A program made the translations under genes and the position numbers. Positions 29,697 to 38,734 of a DNA stretch of 64,000 nt are shown one piece after another (positions within the stretch are counted from its first letter, which is position 1; every line of letters starts with the position of its first letter). Below the pieces are notes generated by a model, which was given only the letters and a program-made list of their open reading frames with translations, was not told the DNA's origin and ran no database searches. Location: positions 1,520,057 through 1,584,056 of the forward strand of contig OW818650.1 of NCBI GenBank assembly GCA_942492865.1. The letters are read 5' to 3'. The stretch is from an uncultured Bacteroidales bacterium (GTDB lineage Bacteria > Bacteroidota > Bacteroidia > Bacteroidales > VadinHA17).

Positions 29697-30697
29697 ACAG
29701 AGGTATCTTCATCCGGACGGAAATCGCCCCATCTCTGCCTGATCTCTTCAATAATGTTCTTTATTTCATCCACATCGGTTGAAGTGACCAGCCTCAGTCT
29801 TGTTTCCCTGAAATGAGGCAATCCCTTGAAATAGTTTGACAGGTGGCGACGCATTTCGAATATTGCTCTTGTGCCTTCCTTGAATTCAAGCGATTTATCA
29901 AGATGAAGAAGCGCTATTTCGGCTTTTTCTGATACAGTTGGCTCGGGTATTAAGTTGCCATTGTCAAGGTATTCCCTGATCTGACGAAATATCCAGGGTC
30001 TGCCTACTGTTGCCCTTCCGATCATTATCCCGTCCACACCATACCTGTCGAACATTTCCCTGGCCTTTACAGCTCCATCGATGTCGCCGTTCCCTATTAC
30101 CGGTATTTTCATTCTCGGGTTGTTTTTGACTTCCCCGATAAGAGTCCAGTCGGCCACTCCTTTGTAAAGCTGGTTCCTTGTCCGGCCATGGATTGTCAGG
30201 GCTTTTATGCCGGTGTCCTGAAGTCTCTCGGCTATTTCAACAATTTCCTTGCTGTCTTCGTCCCATCCGAGTCTTGTTTTAACTGTGACCGGCAACTTAA
30301 CTGCGTTTACAATAGCCTTTGTCATTTCCATCATCAGGGGAATATTTCTGAGCATGCCAGCGCCAGCGCCCCTGTTTGCTATCTTCTTGACCGGACAGCC
30401 GAAGTTTATGTCAATGAGTTCGGGTTTTGCATCCTCGGCAATAAGAGCTGCCTCCACCATTGCATCTGTCAGATGTCCGTAGAGCTGGATTCCTATCGGC
30501 CTTTCCGAGTCGTAAATATCAAGCTTTTTTACGCTTTTTTGTCCGTCGCGGATAAGTCCGTCGGATGAGATAAATTCAGTATACATCACATCGGCTCCCT
30601 GGGACTTGCAGATAGTCCTGAACGAAGGATCGGTAATATCCTCCATGGGAGCAAGAAACAATGGATATTTCCTTAAAGAGACATTCCCTATTATCAA
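29684..30697 (-). CDS. dusB: tRNA-dihydrouridine synthase B
   Basis: LAPMEDITD, DINFGCPVKK, VTVKTRLGW, HGRTR, NGDI, MIGR; TTG start overlaps the upstream stop. Confidence 0.95.
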   Translation of the reverse strand: MIIGNVSLRKYPLFLAPMEDITDPSFRTICKSQGADVMYTEFISSDGLIRDGQKSVKKLDIYDSERPIGIQLYGHLTDAMVEAALIAEDAKPELIDINFGCPVKKIANRGAGAGMLRNIPLMMEMTKAIVNAVKLPVTVKTRLGWDEDSKEIVEIAERLQDTGIKALTIHGRTRNQLYKGVADWTLIGEVKNNPRMKIPVIGNGDIDGAVKAREMFDRYGVDGIMIGRATVGRPWIFRQIREYLDNGNLIPEPTVSEKAEIALLHLDKSLEFKEGTRAIFEMRRHLSNYFKGLPHFRETRLRLVTSTDVDEIKNIIEEIRQRWGDFRPDEDTSVYGI

Positions 30698-31425
30698 ATT
30701 CTTACTTCTCCATTATAGCCCAGGGAACCTGCCCTGGAAATTTCATTTTTCCTGTAGAAATATACCAGACCGTAATTTTCGCACTCACATTTTCTCCTGT
30801 CATCAGGGAGGGTCTTGTAAGTGGATTCAACCTCATTCCATAGCTGGAGAATTATATTGTCAGCCTCCTGTCGAAGTTCCAGGGTCCTGTCTGTCTGGTC
30901 AAGGGTCTTACGGGTAAAGGACTTGTAATTGTTCATTGCTTCAATGAAGTTCTTATAACGTACCTTAACAACAGCAATGGTCGGATTTGTGATTGGACTG
31001 CCACCTTTCCTTATTCTGTATTCTTCACCTTCAATTATCCTTTTTCCCCAATTGACAAGTTCATTTTCAGTATTAAACGATGGAACATTGGGATCATTGG
31101 TGGCAAGGCCGAAGTAGGCTCTTGTTTCTGCAGGCAGATCGCCCCGGATGATTGCCATGTTCATTACCCTGACAAAGTGCGTCAGATATAGTTTTGCCTT
31201 CTTTACAACCTCCCCGAATTCCCTGGATCTTTTGTTCTGAACTGATAACGCCTGTCGTTGCTGAATGAGCGAATGTTCAAAGAGTGGAAGAAATTTTTGC
31301 AGCCTGATGATTGTTTTTGGCGAGTATGCCATCAGGGTAGGGGGCAGCTCTTCTCCCCTTCCAAGTGCAGTCTTCATAGCTCTGATTCGCGCAGCATCGG
31401 TGTTTGGTAATCTTCTGTAGGGCAT
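30694..31425 (-). CDS. Conserved Bacteroidetes hypothetical protein (MPYRRLPNTD...)
   Basis: 243-aa ORF with a helical-looking sequence. I recall this N-terminus in Bacteroidales hypothetical proteins; no function recognised. Confidence 0.75.
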   Translation of the reverse strand: MPYRRLPNTDAARIRAMKTALGRGEELPPTLMAYSPKTIIRLQKFLPLFEHSLIQQRQALSVQNKRSREFGEVVKKAKLYLTHFVRVMNMAIIRGDLPAETRAYFGLATNDPNVPSFNTENELVNWGKRIIEGEEYRIRKGGSPITNPTIAVVKVRYKNFIEAMNNYKSFTRKTLDQTDRTLELRQEADNIILQLWNEVESTYKTLPDDRRKCECENYGLVYFYRKNEISRAGSLGYNGEVRI

Positions 31426-31665
31426 GGTTGATTTCGGGTTAATAAATTGTTAATAAAGCTTACGAATATAATTATATTTTGTTAACAACAAAGTTATTCG
31501 CAATTATTATTCGTCTGATTATTAAAATGATCAGATTAAAACGTTGATCAGAGGAGTCTAAATCCTGAAAAATGAAGTAATTTGGGATTGCCTAAGAGGT
31601 TTTAAACAAAGTAATCCGGCCTATCCCTAGAACACCCTCCCTTTGTGAGAGTGGATAGAATCTAT

Positions 31666-32187
31666 TTATTTGGATATATAAGTCTTAAAGGCGCATTCGT
31701 CCTGAACAGTAAATACCTTAAATCCTTTTGTCTTCAGCATGTCGATTATCGGGGCCGGAACAAATGGTGTCTGCAACTCAAATATCCCTCCGGGCTGAAG
31801 TCCGTTTGTGTGCCGGAGGATATCGGCCATAGGGCTTTCTCCTGAATTAATAATTTTTGAAGCATCAAAAGACGTTACTATTCTGCTATCCTCAAACCAG
31901 TCAGGAGTTTTGTCAGATAAAAACTCAGAGTCAGCATCAGCAGTTTCTTCTCCGGTGAGGCCTGAATTTTCGCGCAGCTTATTGATAATGTAATCGACTT
32001 TCAGTCCGCCTACGACTGCCACCTGCTGAAGGGTTGCCACACGTGCCACAGTTCTTCTGAGGACCGGATTCTTCAGTTTTTCAAATAATGGCGACATGTC
32101 CATGAGCACTGCTTCCAGATCGGGATATGCATCCAGGAGCTCTCCCACCTTTGTTTTTGGTGTGATCGGTATCTTATGTGAAGACAT
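31666..32187 (-). CDS. DUF1858 domain protein
   Basis: ITPKTKVGELLDAYPDL...LKNPVLRRTVARVATL. Likely start is ATG 32187; the track extends to 32235. Confidence 0.82.
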   Translation of the reverse strand: MSSHKIPITPKTKVGELLDAYPDLEAVLMDMSPLFEKLKNPVLRRTVARVATLQQVAVVGGLKVDYIINKLRENSGLTGEETADADSEFLSDKTPDWFEDSRIVTSFDASKIINSGESPMADILRHTNGLQPGGIFELQTPFVPAPIIDMLKTKGFKVFTVQDECAFKTYISK

Positions 32188-32191
32188 ACGT

Positions 32192-33427
32192 TTATTTTTT
32201 GGCAGAATATGACAGCAGGCGCTGCTCTCCTTCAAGCTTGCGAAGAGCTGTCAGGTCCTGTGTAAATTCTATTGTTCCGATATATTTGTTCTCTTTATCG
32301 CGAAGCGCATAATATTCAATCAGTATGAATCTTCCCTTCATATTGATCCAGAATGATGCACTGTTCTGCGATCCGCTTTTAAAATCTATCAGGATCTGTT
32401 CTACCACATGGACACTCGAGGGAGGGTGGCACATTCTTACGTCTCTTCCGATAATGGCCCTGTTGCGTGGAAATATACGTTCCGGACCCTGGCTGAAGAA
32501 TTTTACTTTGTCGTTACTATCTACAAAAGTTATATCTATGGGAAGAGTTTTAAAGAGAGCTTCAATTTCTTCAGAGTTGAAGCTTCCAGTACTAAGGTGT
32601 ACCTTGCTGCCTGTGTTATACGATATTTCACCGGTTTCGGCTAATTCAGGTTTCCATTCAACCTGCGGATCGTAGAGACAGTATCCAAATTCATCAGTCT
32701 GCCGGTAAACTGCATACCATTCCTCGTCGGTGAGAGTATCCATACACATCGGGAGAAGGATCTCCTCCTCTTTTGAGATCATATCAGAGACCCCCTTTGC
32801 TGCCGGTATCAGTATGAATTCTATCATTGAAGCCGTCTCTTCAGGGGTAATATATCCGGTGGCGCTTACTGCTTCTATGGAAGCCTTCAGCATTTCCCTT
32901 ATTTCATCATGCTTTCCCCACATCACTTTCGGCGGACCGGTAATTTCATGTTTTTCAAGAAACGGGAAAACGAGGTATTCTTTCCTTAAGTAATGTTTAT
33001 CAACATCCATCAGGCTGTTGAGCAGGGAATGAACCTGAAGGAGCCAGTCATTTACCTCTTTTTGACGGAGTGATTTACCATCGACTAAAAGTTTCTCGAG
33101 CAGGGCCAGGACTTTTCCCAGTTCAATATTCTCCTTTTTGAAAGTATCAACAGGATGGCCATCGGGGATATCCTTTGCCCCGGTTTGTTCTATATGGCCT
33201 TCGAGAACCATCTGATGTATATCGCAGAACTTGAGTACTTCTTCAACCGGCAGGCCTTCATTTATTAATTCCTGTTCAACTTCAACAACTTCATCATAGG
33301 GTATTCCTTTCAGGAGTTCGACAAGGCGGCCCCGTACCTGCTCAGGAGCTTCACCTTTATGAAGCTGCAGTATCATGTGCTTAAGAAGTTCCTTGCATTT
33401 TTCCGAATTATTTATCAGTTCACTCAT
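32192..33427 (-). CDS. DUF438 / hemerythrin / PAS_10 domain protein
   Basis: DUF438 N-terminus (QLHKGEAPEQV..EQEL..CDIH), hemerythrin-like HYLRKE..MWGKHDEIR..KEE, PAS LPIDITFVD..VRMCHPP. Confidence 0.9.
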   Translation of the reverse strand: MSELINNSEKCKELLKHMILQLHKGEAPEQVRGRLVELLKGIPYDEVVEVEQELINEGLPVEEVLKFCDIHQMVLEGHIEQTGAKDIPDGHPVDTFKKENIELGKVLALLEKLLVDGKSLRQKEVNDWLLQVHSLLNSLMDVDKHYLRKEYLVFPFLEKHEITGPPKVMWGKHDEIREMLKASIEAVSATGYITPEETASMIEFILIPAAKGVSDMISKEEEILLPMCMDTLTDEEWYAVYRQTDEFGYCLYDPQVEWKPELAETGEISYNTGSKVHLSTGSFNSEEIEALFKTLPIDITFVDSNDKVKFFSQGPERIFPRNRAIIGRDVRMCHPPSSVHVVEQILIDFKSGSQNSASFWINMKGRFILIEYYALRDKENKYIGTIEFTQDLTALRKLEGEQRLLSYSAKK

Positions 33428-33445
33428 GTAATATATTTTATAAAC

Positions 33446-33453
33446 AAATTTAA
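33446..33453 (-). promoter_or_regulatory. -7 element TAAATTTG upstream of DUF438
   Basis: Matches TAnnTTTG. Confidence 0.5.
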
Positions 33454-33488
33454 GAAATGGAAAGCGTTATTTCAATGATTTAGGTATT

Positions 33489-34505
33489 TCAAATACGTGC
33501 AAGCGCTATGCAGGCAGCATGTATGCTTATCGTAAGGGCCAGGTATAACTTCCTTGCATTATCGGGTTTCATTTTTAAGAATTTATATTTTATTGAATCA
33601 TGGTGGCAACCTGCAAGGCAGTCGCCGCACAGAGTGCATGAAATTGATGGCTTCCTGTTTTTAATATCCTGAGCATTCAGTGCATCATATTTACAGAATT
33701 TTGTACAATTCATGCAAAGGGTGCAGCTCTGGTCAATGTACATTCTGAAAGGATTGACATATCTGAATACATTTACCAGTGTACCCACAGGGCAGTAAAG
33801 CACACAATGAATCATCTTTTTGCTTCGCGCCGAAAAGAAGATCATTACCAAAATTCCTCCTATCCCAAAAGCTGCTGCAATCAGAGTAGCTGTCAGCACC
33901 GGTACATTTAACCATCGGAGAAGCAACGCCATAAATATTACGAGGATCAGAATAGTTGACTTGATCGCTCCTTTGTGTTTCAGGATCTTCCTTGAAGTTT
34001 TTCCCGATGAAGCGATATTGTCGAAGGCGCCAAAATAACAGAACTGGCTGCACCAGGCCGGTCCTGTGATAATCACGGTGCTTATGAACAGTATTGTCAT
34101 AACAGAAAGCTGTGCCCTGTATATAGGTCCGCCTATTATCATCATAGGGATAGGAAGGTGAAGCTTGCCTGTCATCAGGAATTTTTCAAAACCCGAGAGG
34201 CCCGCTATAAGCTGTGAAAAAAAGACAATTGAAAAGACCGTCCAGGTTATTTTTCTCCATTTCGGAACATTAAGCGGATCCTGCATTTTATATACAATGA
34301 AAGAGCCATACAATGAGATCACTATTATTTCAATCCATCCCCCCCCTTTAAAAAAGCGTTCTGCTATAAGCATGGGGTTTTCGACTTTCACCTGCACAAA
34401 GGCAAGGAGAATTAATGTCAGAGAAAAGACTACAAGTGGCAGCCTGTATTTGGAAATAAGGGTAGGCTGGGGCGCTGCTAGGGTATAAATGGAATTGGCA
34501 TTCAT
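33489..34505 (-). CDS. Membrane 4Fe-4S binding protein (NapH/NosR-like polyferredoxin)
   Basis: CxxxCxxG motifs (CSQFCYFG, CVLYCPVG) between TMs; C-terminal CTLCMNCTKFC and CTLCGDCLAGC. Confidence 0.88.
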   Translation of the reverse strand: MNANSIYTLAAPQPTLISKYRLPLVVFSLTLILLAFVQVKVENPMLIAERFFKGGGWIEIIVISLYGSFIVYKMQDPLNVPKWRKITWTVFSIVFFSQLIAGLSGFEKFLMTGKLHLPIPMMIIGGPIYRAQLSVMTILFISTVIITGPAWCSQFCYFGAFDNIASSGKTSRKILKHKGAIKSTILILVIFMALLLRWLNVPVLTATLIAAAFGIGGILVMIFFSARSKKMIHCVLYCPVGTLVNVFRYVNPFRMYIDQSCTLCMNCTKFCKYDALNAQDIKNRKPSISCTLCGDCLAGCHHDSIKYKFLKMKPDNARKLYLALTISIHAACIALARI

Positions 34506-34945
34506 TATTTAAGCAGTGATGAAACGGTTAGTTCTTTTTTATATACTCTTTCAGCAAGGCTTTGTACGGTTTCCTCCGAGATCAGATTACCGATAGATTC
34601 TCTGATCGGCGCATATCGGTCATGAAGAGGACAGGGATTATTATCATCGCATTGCTTCAATCCGAATGCGCATCCTGAAAAGGTTTTATTCCCTTCAATT
34701 GCAGAGATCAAAGTTCTGAGAGGCAGATCCGGTTTTCCGGAATCAAAAAAGAATCCGCCACCTTTTCCTTTAAGCGACTCAATAAAGCCGGCCCTTACCA
34801 GCCTCTGCAGGATCTTTGCCGTAAAGAAATGCGGAGCTTCGATCTCTTTTGCAACTTCCGCCATTCCCGGCCTTCTTTTCTTTAGATTCTGCAACTTAAT
34901 GTATACCAAGCCTCTGAGGGCATATTCCGTTTCCTTGTTAAACAT
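34505..34945 (-). CDS. Rrf2 family transcriptional regulator with Fe-S ligands
   Basis: FNKETEYALRGL, KILQRL...LKGKGGGF, CAFGLKQC...CPLH. Confidence 0.93.
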   Translation of the reverse strand: MFNKETEYALRGLVYIKLQNLKKRRPGMAEVAKEIEAPHFFTAKILQRLVRAGFIESLKGKGGGFFFDSGKPDLPLRTLISAIEGNKTFSGCAFGLKQCDDNNPCPLHDRYAPIRESIGNLISEETVQSLAERVYKKELTVSSLLK

Positions 34946-34973
34946 TCCTGTTGATGTTTAGTTAATGCTGTGA

Positions 34974-34981
34974 CAAAAATA
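34974..34981 (-). promoter_or_regulatory. -7 element TATTTTTG of the rrf2 promoter
   Basis: Matches TAnnTTTG, divergent from the ric promoter. Confidence 0.55.
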
Positions 34982-35001
34982 ACAAAAATTTATAAAAAAC
35001 A

Positions 35002-35021
35002 AAAAGACCTTATTGTCTTTT
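35002..35021. promoter_or_regulatory. Palindromic operator AAAAGAC-N6-GTCTTTT, probable Rrf2 site
   Basis: Perfect 7-bp inverted repeat lying between two divergent -7 elements. Confidence 0.7.
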
Positions 35022-35034
35022 AATAAATAATTCA

Positions 35035-35042
35035 TACTTTTG
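35035..35042 (+). promoter_or_regulatory. -7 element TACTTTTG of the ric operon promoter
   Basis: Matches TAnnTTTG, 25 nt before ATG 35068. Confidence 0.6.
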
Positions 35043-35067
35043 TCAGACCAAATCAAAAATAACTATT

Positions 35068-35760
35068 ATGAAAACAGAAAATATGAATGCTATTTCGATA
35101 GGAGAGATTGTTGCTCTGGATCACAGGGCAGCATCGGTTTTCAGAGAAGCGGGTATTGATTTTTGCTGCGGGGGTAAAAAGAGCATTGACCAGGCTTGCA
35201 CTGAAAAAAATATCGATCCCCTGGAAATCAGGAATAAGCTAAAAGATCTTGAAACTTTTCCAAACACATCGACCCATAACTTTAATGAATGGGACCTTGT
35301 ATTTCTTTCTGACTATATTGTTAATGCACATCATAAGTATGTCAGGAAGGCACTACCCGAGATACTGTTTTACACTCAGAAAATAGCTGACGTTCATGGT
35401 CACAATCATTCTGAACTTAATGAAGTGGCCGATCTTTTTTCGCAGATCAGCCGCGAGCTCCTTCAGCACATGGAAAATGAAGAAAAAGTCCTTTTTCCTG
35501 CAATAAAAGAATTTCAGAATTCAGGCTCTGCAGAGGCAAAGGAAATCATTGCCGATGAAATATCACGGTTATCCGGTGAGCATGAATTTGCCGGGGGAGC
35601 TATGGATAAGATCAATGAAATTACCGGCGGCTACGCTGTACCACAGGATGGATGCAATTCATACCGGCTTGCCTTCAAGCTTCTGAATGAATTTGAAGAT
35701 GATCTTCATATTCACGTGCATCTTGAAAACAATATTTTATTTCCCAAAGCATTAAACTAA
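35068..35760 (+). CDS. ric: Iron-sulfur cluster repair di-iron protein
   Basis: IDFCCGG, IVNAHHKYVR, HMENEEKVLFP, EHE, HVHLENNILFP. Confidence 0.95.
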   Translation: MKTENMNAISIGEIVALDHRAASVFREAGIDFCCGGKKSIDQACTEKNIDPLEIRNKLKDLETFPNTSTHNFNEWDLVFLSDYIVNAHHKYVRKALPEILFYTQKIADVHGHNHSELNEVADLFSQISRELLQHMENEEKVLFPAIKEFQNSGSAEAKEIIADEISRLSGEHEFAGGAMDKINEITGGYAVPQDGCNSYRLAFKLLNEFEDDLHIHVHLENNILFPKALN

Positions 35761-35765
35761 GAATT

Positions 35766-36308
35766 ATGAATACAGCAACAAAAACCCTTGAGAACGACCA
35801 TGTTCACATACTTAAGCTTATAGATGTTATGGAACAGGTCACATATTCGGATGAGCCGGATACAGATCATATAGAAAAAATTTTATCTATCATCAGAAAT
35901 TTTGCCGATGGTCTCCATCATGCCCGGGAAGAAGAAATATTCTTTCCGTTACTTGCAGAAAGAGGATTTTCCGCAACCCAGGGACCTGTGGCGGTAATGC
36001 TGCATGAGCATGAGCAGGGAAGAAATTTTGTCAGGGGCATAGCCGGCAGCATTGAATTATATAAAAAGGGAAACAAGTCAGCCGCGAATGACATCTACGC
36101 CAATATGATGGGATATGCCGGTTTGCTCCGCAATCATATTTCAAAAGAAAACAATATCCTTTTCAAAATGGCCGACAAGGCGCTCTCGGAGTCAGATCAA
36201 ACTAATCTTACTGAGCGTTTTGCAGAGGCTGAAAAAAACCATGCTGTAAAAACTGAAGAGTTTGTAACACAGATCCGGGAACTGGCATCAGTTTATAACC
36301 TGATATAA
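35766..36308 (+). CDS. Hemerythrin domain protein
   Basis: ENDH, HHAREEEIFFP, MLHEHEQGR, HISKENNILF. Confidence 0.9.
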   Translation: MNTATKTLENDHVHILKLIDVMEQVTYSDEPDTDHIEKILSIIRNFADGLHHAREEEIFFPLLAERGFSATQGPVAVMLHEHEQGRNFVRGIAGSIELYKKGNKSAANDIYANMMGYAGLLRNHISKENNILFKMADKALSESDQTNLTERFAEAEKNHAVKTEEFVTQIRELASVYNLI

Positions 36309-36342
36309 ATCAATTAAATCATTAATTAAAATTCTTTACCCT

Positions 36343-38592
36343 ATGACAACAAGAAAACTCTGGATTGGCTTTATCCTTGTTATGGTTTTATCCTTTGCTG
36401 TTCTTCTCTATTACGGCAGGGAGATCTACCATCAGGCTCCCCCTGTACCTGAAAAAGTCGTCACCAGCGATGGCAGGACCCTGTTCACCGGTCAGGATAT
36501 AAAAGACGGGCAGAATGTCTGGCAATCTCTTGGCGGGCAGGAACTGGGAACTGTTTGGGGGCATGGCGCCTACCAGGCTCCTGACTGGAGCGCTGACTGG
36601 CTTCACAAGGAAGCGATGTTCATTCTCAATAAGCTGGCTATGCAGCATGACGGTTCAACGTACGACAGGGTGAGTGAAGAGAGGCAGGCCTTTCTGAAAG
36701 TATTGTTGCAGAAAGATCTCAGGAAAAACACCTATGATCCGGAGACCGGCACTCTCACCGTTTCTGTTGTAAGAGCAGAGGCGATTGCCGATAACAGCCG
36801 GTATTACACCGGATTATTTACAAACGATCCGCAACTTGCCGACCTTAGAGATTATTACAGTATTCCCGATAATTCGCTGAAAGATCCGGAAAGGGCCAGG
36901 CTCCTTAATGCATTCTTTTTCTGGACCTCCTGGGCATGTGTCACCGAGAGACCCGGTCAGGCTATTACATATACAAATAACTGGCCCGCCGAAGATCTTG
37001 TTGCAAACAGGCCTACAGGCGCATTACTTCTCTGGACAGGATTCAGCGTTATGCTCCTTCTGGCAGGTATCGGCCTGATGGTGTGGTACTATGCCCGCCG
37101 GAAAACAGATGAGGATGAGGTTCCTTCCGATTATCCTCTTCTGAAGGAAACACAGTCTCCATCGCAGAAAGCTACTGTTAAATATTTCTGGATAGTTTCT
37201 GCTTTATTGCTTGTCCAGGTGATACTCGGAGTTATAACGGCTCATTATGGTGTTGAAGGACAAGCCTTTTACGGCTTCCCGCTTGCAGATTTTCTTCCTT
37301 ATTCAGTTACCCGCACCTGGCATATCCAGATAGCAATCTTCTGGATAGCTACCTCGTGGCTTGCAACGGGATTATATTATGCTCCGGCAATCTCAGGCTA
37401 TGAACCGAAATATCAGAAACTCGGAGTGAATTTTCTCTTTATTGCCCTCCTTATTATAGTTGTAGGATCGCTTGCCGGCCAGTGGATGGGTGTAATGCAG
37501 AAATTGGGATTCGTGCAGAACTTCTGGTTCGGACACCAGGGATATGAATATGTAGATCTGGGAAGATTCTGGCAGCTATTCCTTTTTGTCGGGTTGATTA
37601 TCTGGCTTCTGTTAATGGGAAGAGCTATATGGCCGGCTCTGAAACAGAAATCGGAAAGCAGGAACCTGCTTCTGCTGTTCCTTATTTCTTCAGTTGCCAT
37701 TGCAGCATTCTATGGTGCAGGATTAATGTGGGGAAGACAAACGAATTTAGCAATTGCAGAATACTGGCGCTGGTGGGTGGTTCATCTCTGGGTTGAGGGA
37801 TTTTTCGAGGTTTTTGCCACAGTAGTTGTTGCGTTCCTCTTTGTAAGATTAAGGCTTCTGCGGGCTGCAACTGCAACCACTGCAGTTCTTTTTGCAACAA
37901 TCGTTTTCCTGTCGGGAGGAATACTCGGGACGTTCCATCATCTCTACTTCACCGGTACTCCAACAGCAGTTATGGCAATCGGATCAACATTCAGCGCCCT
38001 TGAAGTGGTGCCTCTGGTACTTATGGGTTTTGAAGCCTGGGACCATATAAAATTAAGCAGGAGTTCAGAATGGATAAAAGCTTACAGGTGGCCCATTTAC
38101 AGTTTTATTGCTGTTGCTTTCTGGAACCTTGTTGGAGCCGGCATCTTTGGCTTTCTTATCAATCCCCCGATTGCTCTCTATTACATGCAGGGACTTAATA
38201 CAACTCCTGTTCACGGCCATACTGCCCTCTTCGGAGTGTATGGAATGTTCGGCATAGGCCTCATGCTTTTTGTCCTTCGCGACATGGATAAAGGCGCAAT
38301 ATGGAATGAAAAATGGATAAAGTTTGCTTTCTGGAGCATCAATATAGGCCTGGCCGCGATGGTTCTGCTTAGCGTACTTCCGATTGGCCTGGCCCAGACT
38401 GTGGCCAGCGTTAAGGAGGGCCTGTGGTATGCCCGGTCGGCAGAATTCCTCCAGACGCCAGCCATGCATACCCTTAAGTGGATGAGGGTCTTTGGTGACA
38501 CCATCTTTGCTTTGGGTACAGTTGCACTGGCGTACTTTATATTTGGACTGAAGCTGGGTTGGAGCATTGAGAAGGGTAGACGAAATGATTAG
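36343..38592 (+). CDS. norB: Quinol-dependent nitric oxide reductase (qNOR)
   Basis: 749 aa single subunit; WGHGAYQAPDWSADWLH, WWVVHLWVEGFFE, GTFHHLYF, VHGHTALFG. Confidence 0.96.
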   Translation: MTTRKLWIGFILVMVLSFAVLLYYGREIYHQAPPVPEKVVTSDGRTLFTGQDIKDGQNVWQSLGGQELGTVWGHGAYQAPDWSADWLHKEAMFILNKLAMQHDGSTYDRVSEERQAFLKVLLQKDLRKNTYDPETGTLTVSVVRAEAIADNSRYYTGLFTNDPQLADLRDYYSIPDNSLKDPERARLLNAFFFWTSWACVTERPGQAITYTNNWPAEDLVANRPTGALLLWTGFSVMLLLAGIGLMVWYYARRKTDEDEVPSDYPLLKETQSPSQKATVKYFWIVSALLLVQVILGVITAHYGVEGQAFYGFPLADFLPYSVTRTWHIQIAIFWIATSWLATGLYYAPAISGYEPKYQKLGVNFLFIALLIIVVGSLAGQWMGVMQKLGFVQNFWFGHQGYEYVDLGRFWQLFLFVGLIIWLLLMGRAIWPALKQKSESRNLLLLFLISSVAIAAFYGAGLMWGRQTNLAIAEYWRWWVVHLWVEGFFEVFATVVVAFLFVRLRLLRAATATTAVLFATIVFLSGGILGTFHHLYFTGTPTAVMAIGSTFSALEVVPLVLMGFEAWDHIKLSRSSEWIKAYRWPIYSFIAVAFWNLVGAGIFGFLINPPIALYYMQGLNTTPVHGHTALFGVYGMFGIGLMLFVLRDMDKGAIWNEKWIKFAFWSINIGLAAMVLLSVLPIGLAQTVASVKEGLWYARSAEFLQTPAMHTLKWMRVFGDTIFALGTVALAYFIFGLKLGWSIEKGRRND

Positions 38593-38621
38593 TTAAAGTT
38601 GGTTATAATTGTGTGGTTTTT

Positions 38622-38658
38622 ACAATGGTGCGACATCAGGTTCGCACCATTGTTTTTT
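38622..38658 (+). terminator. Intrinsic terminator after qNOR
   Basis: 12-bp perfect stem ACAATGGTGCGA / TCGCACCATTGT, 8-nt loop, followed by TTTTT. Confidence 0.9.
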
Positions 38659-38734
38659 ATGCGGGAACAGGTGCCGTTTTTTCTTGTTGCCCTGTTTTTA
38701 AATCAGTAACTTAGTATTTTATAATCTGTTTGCT

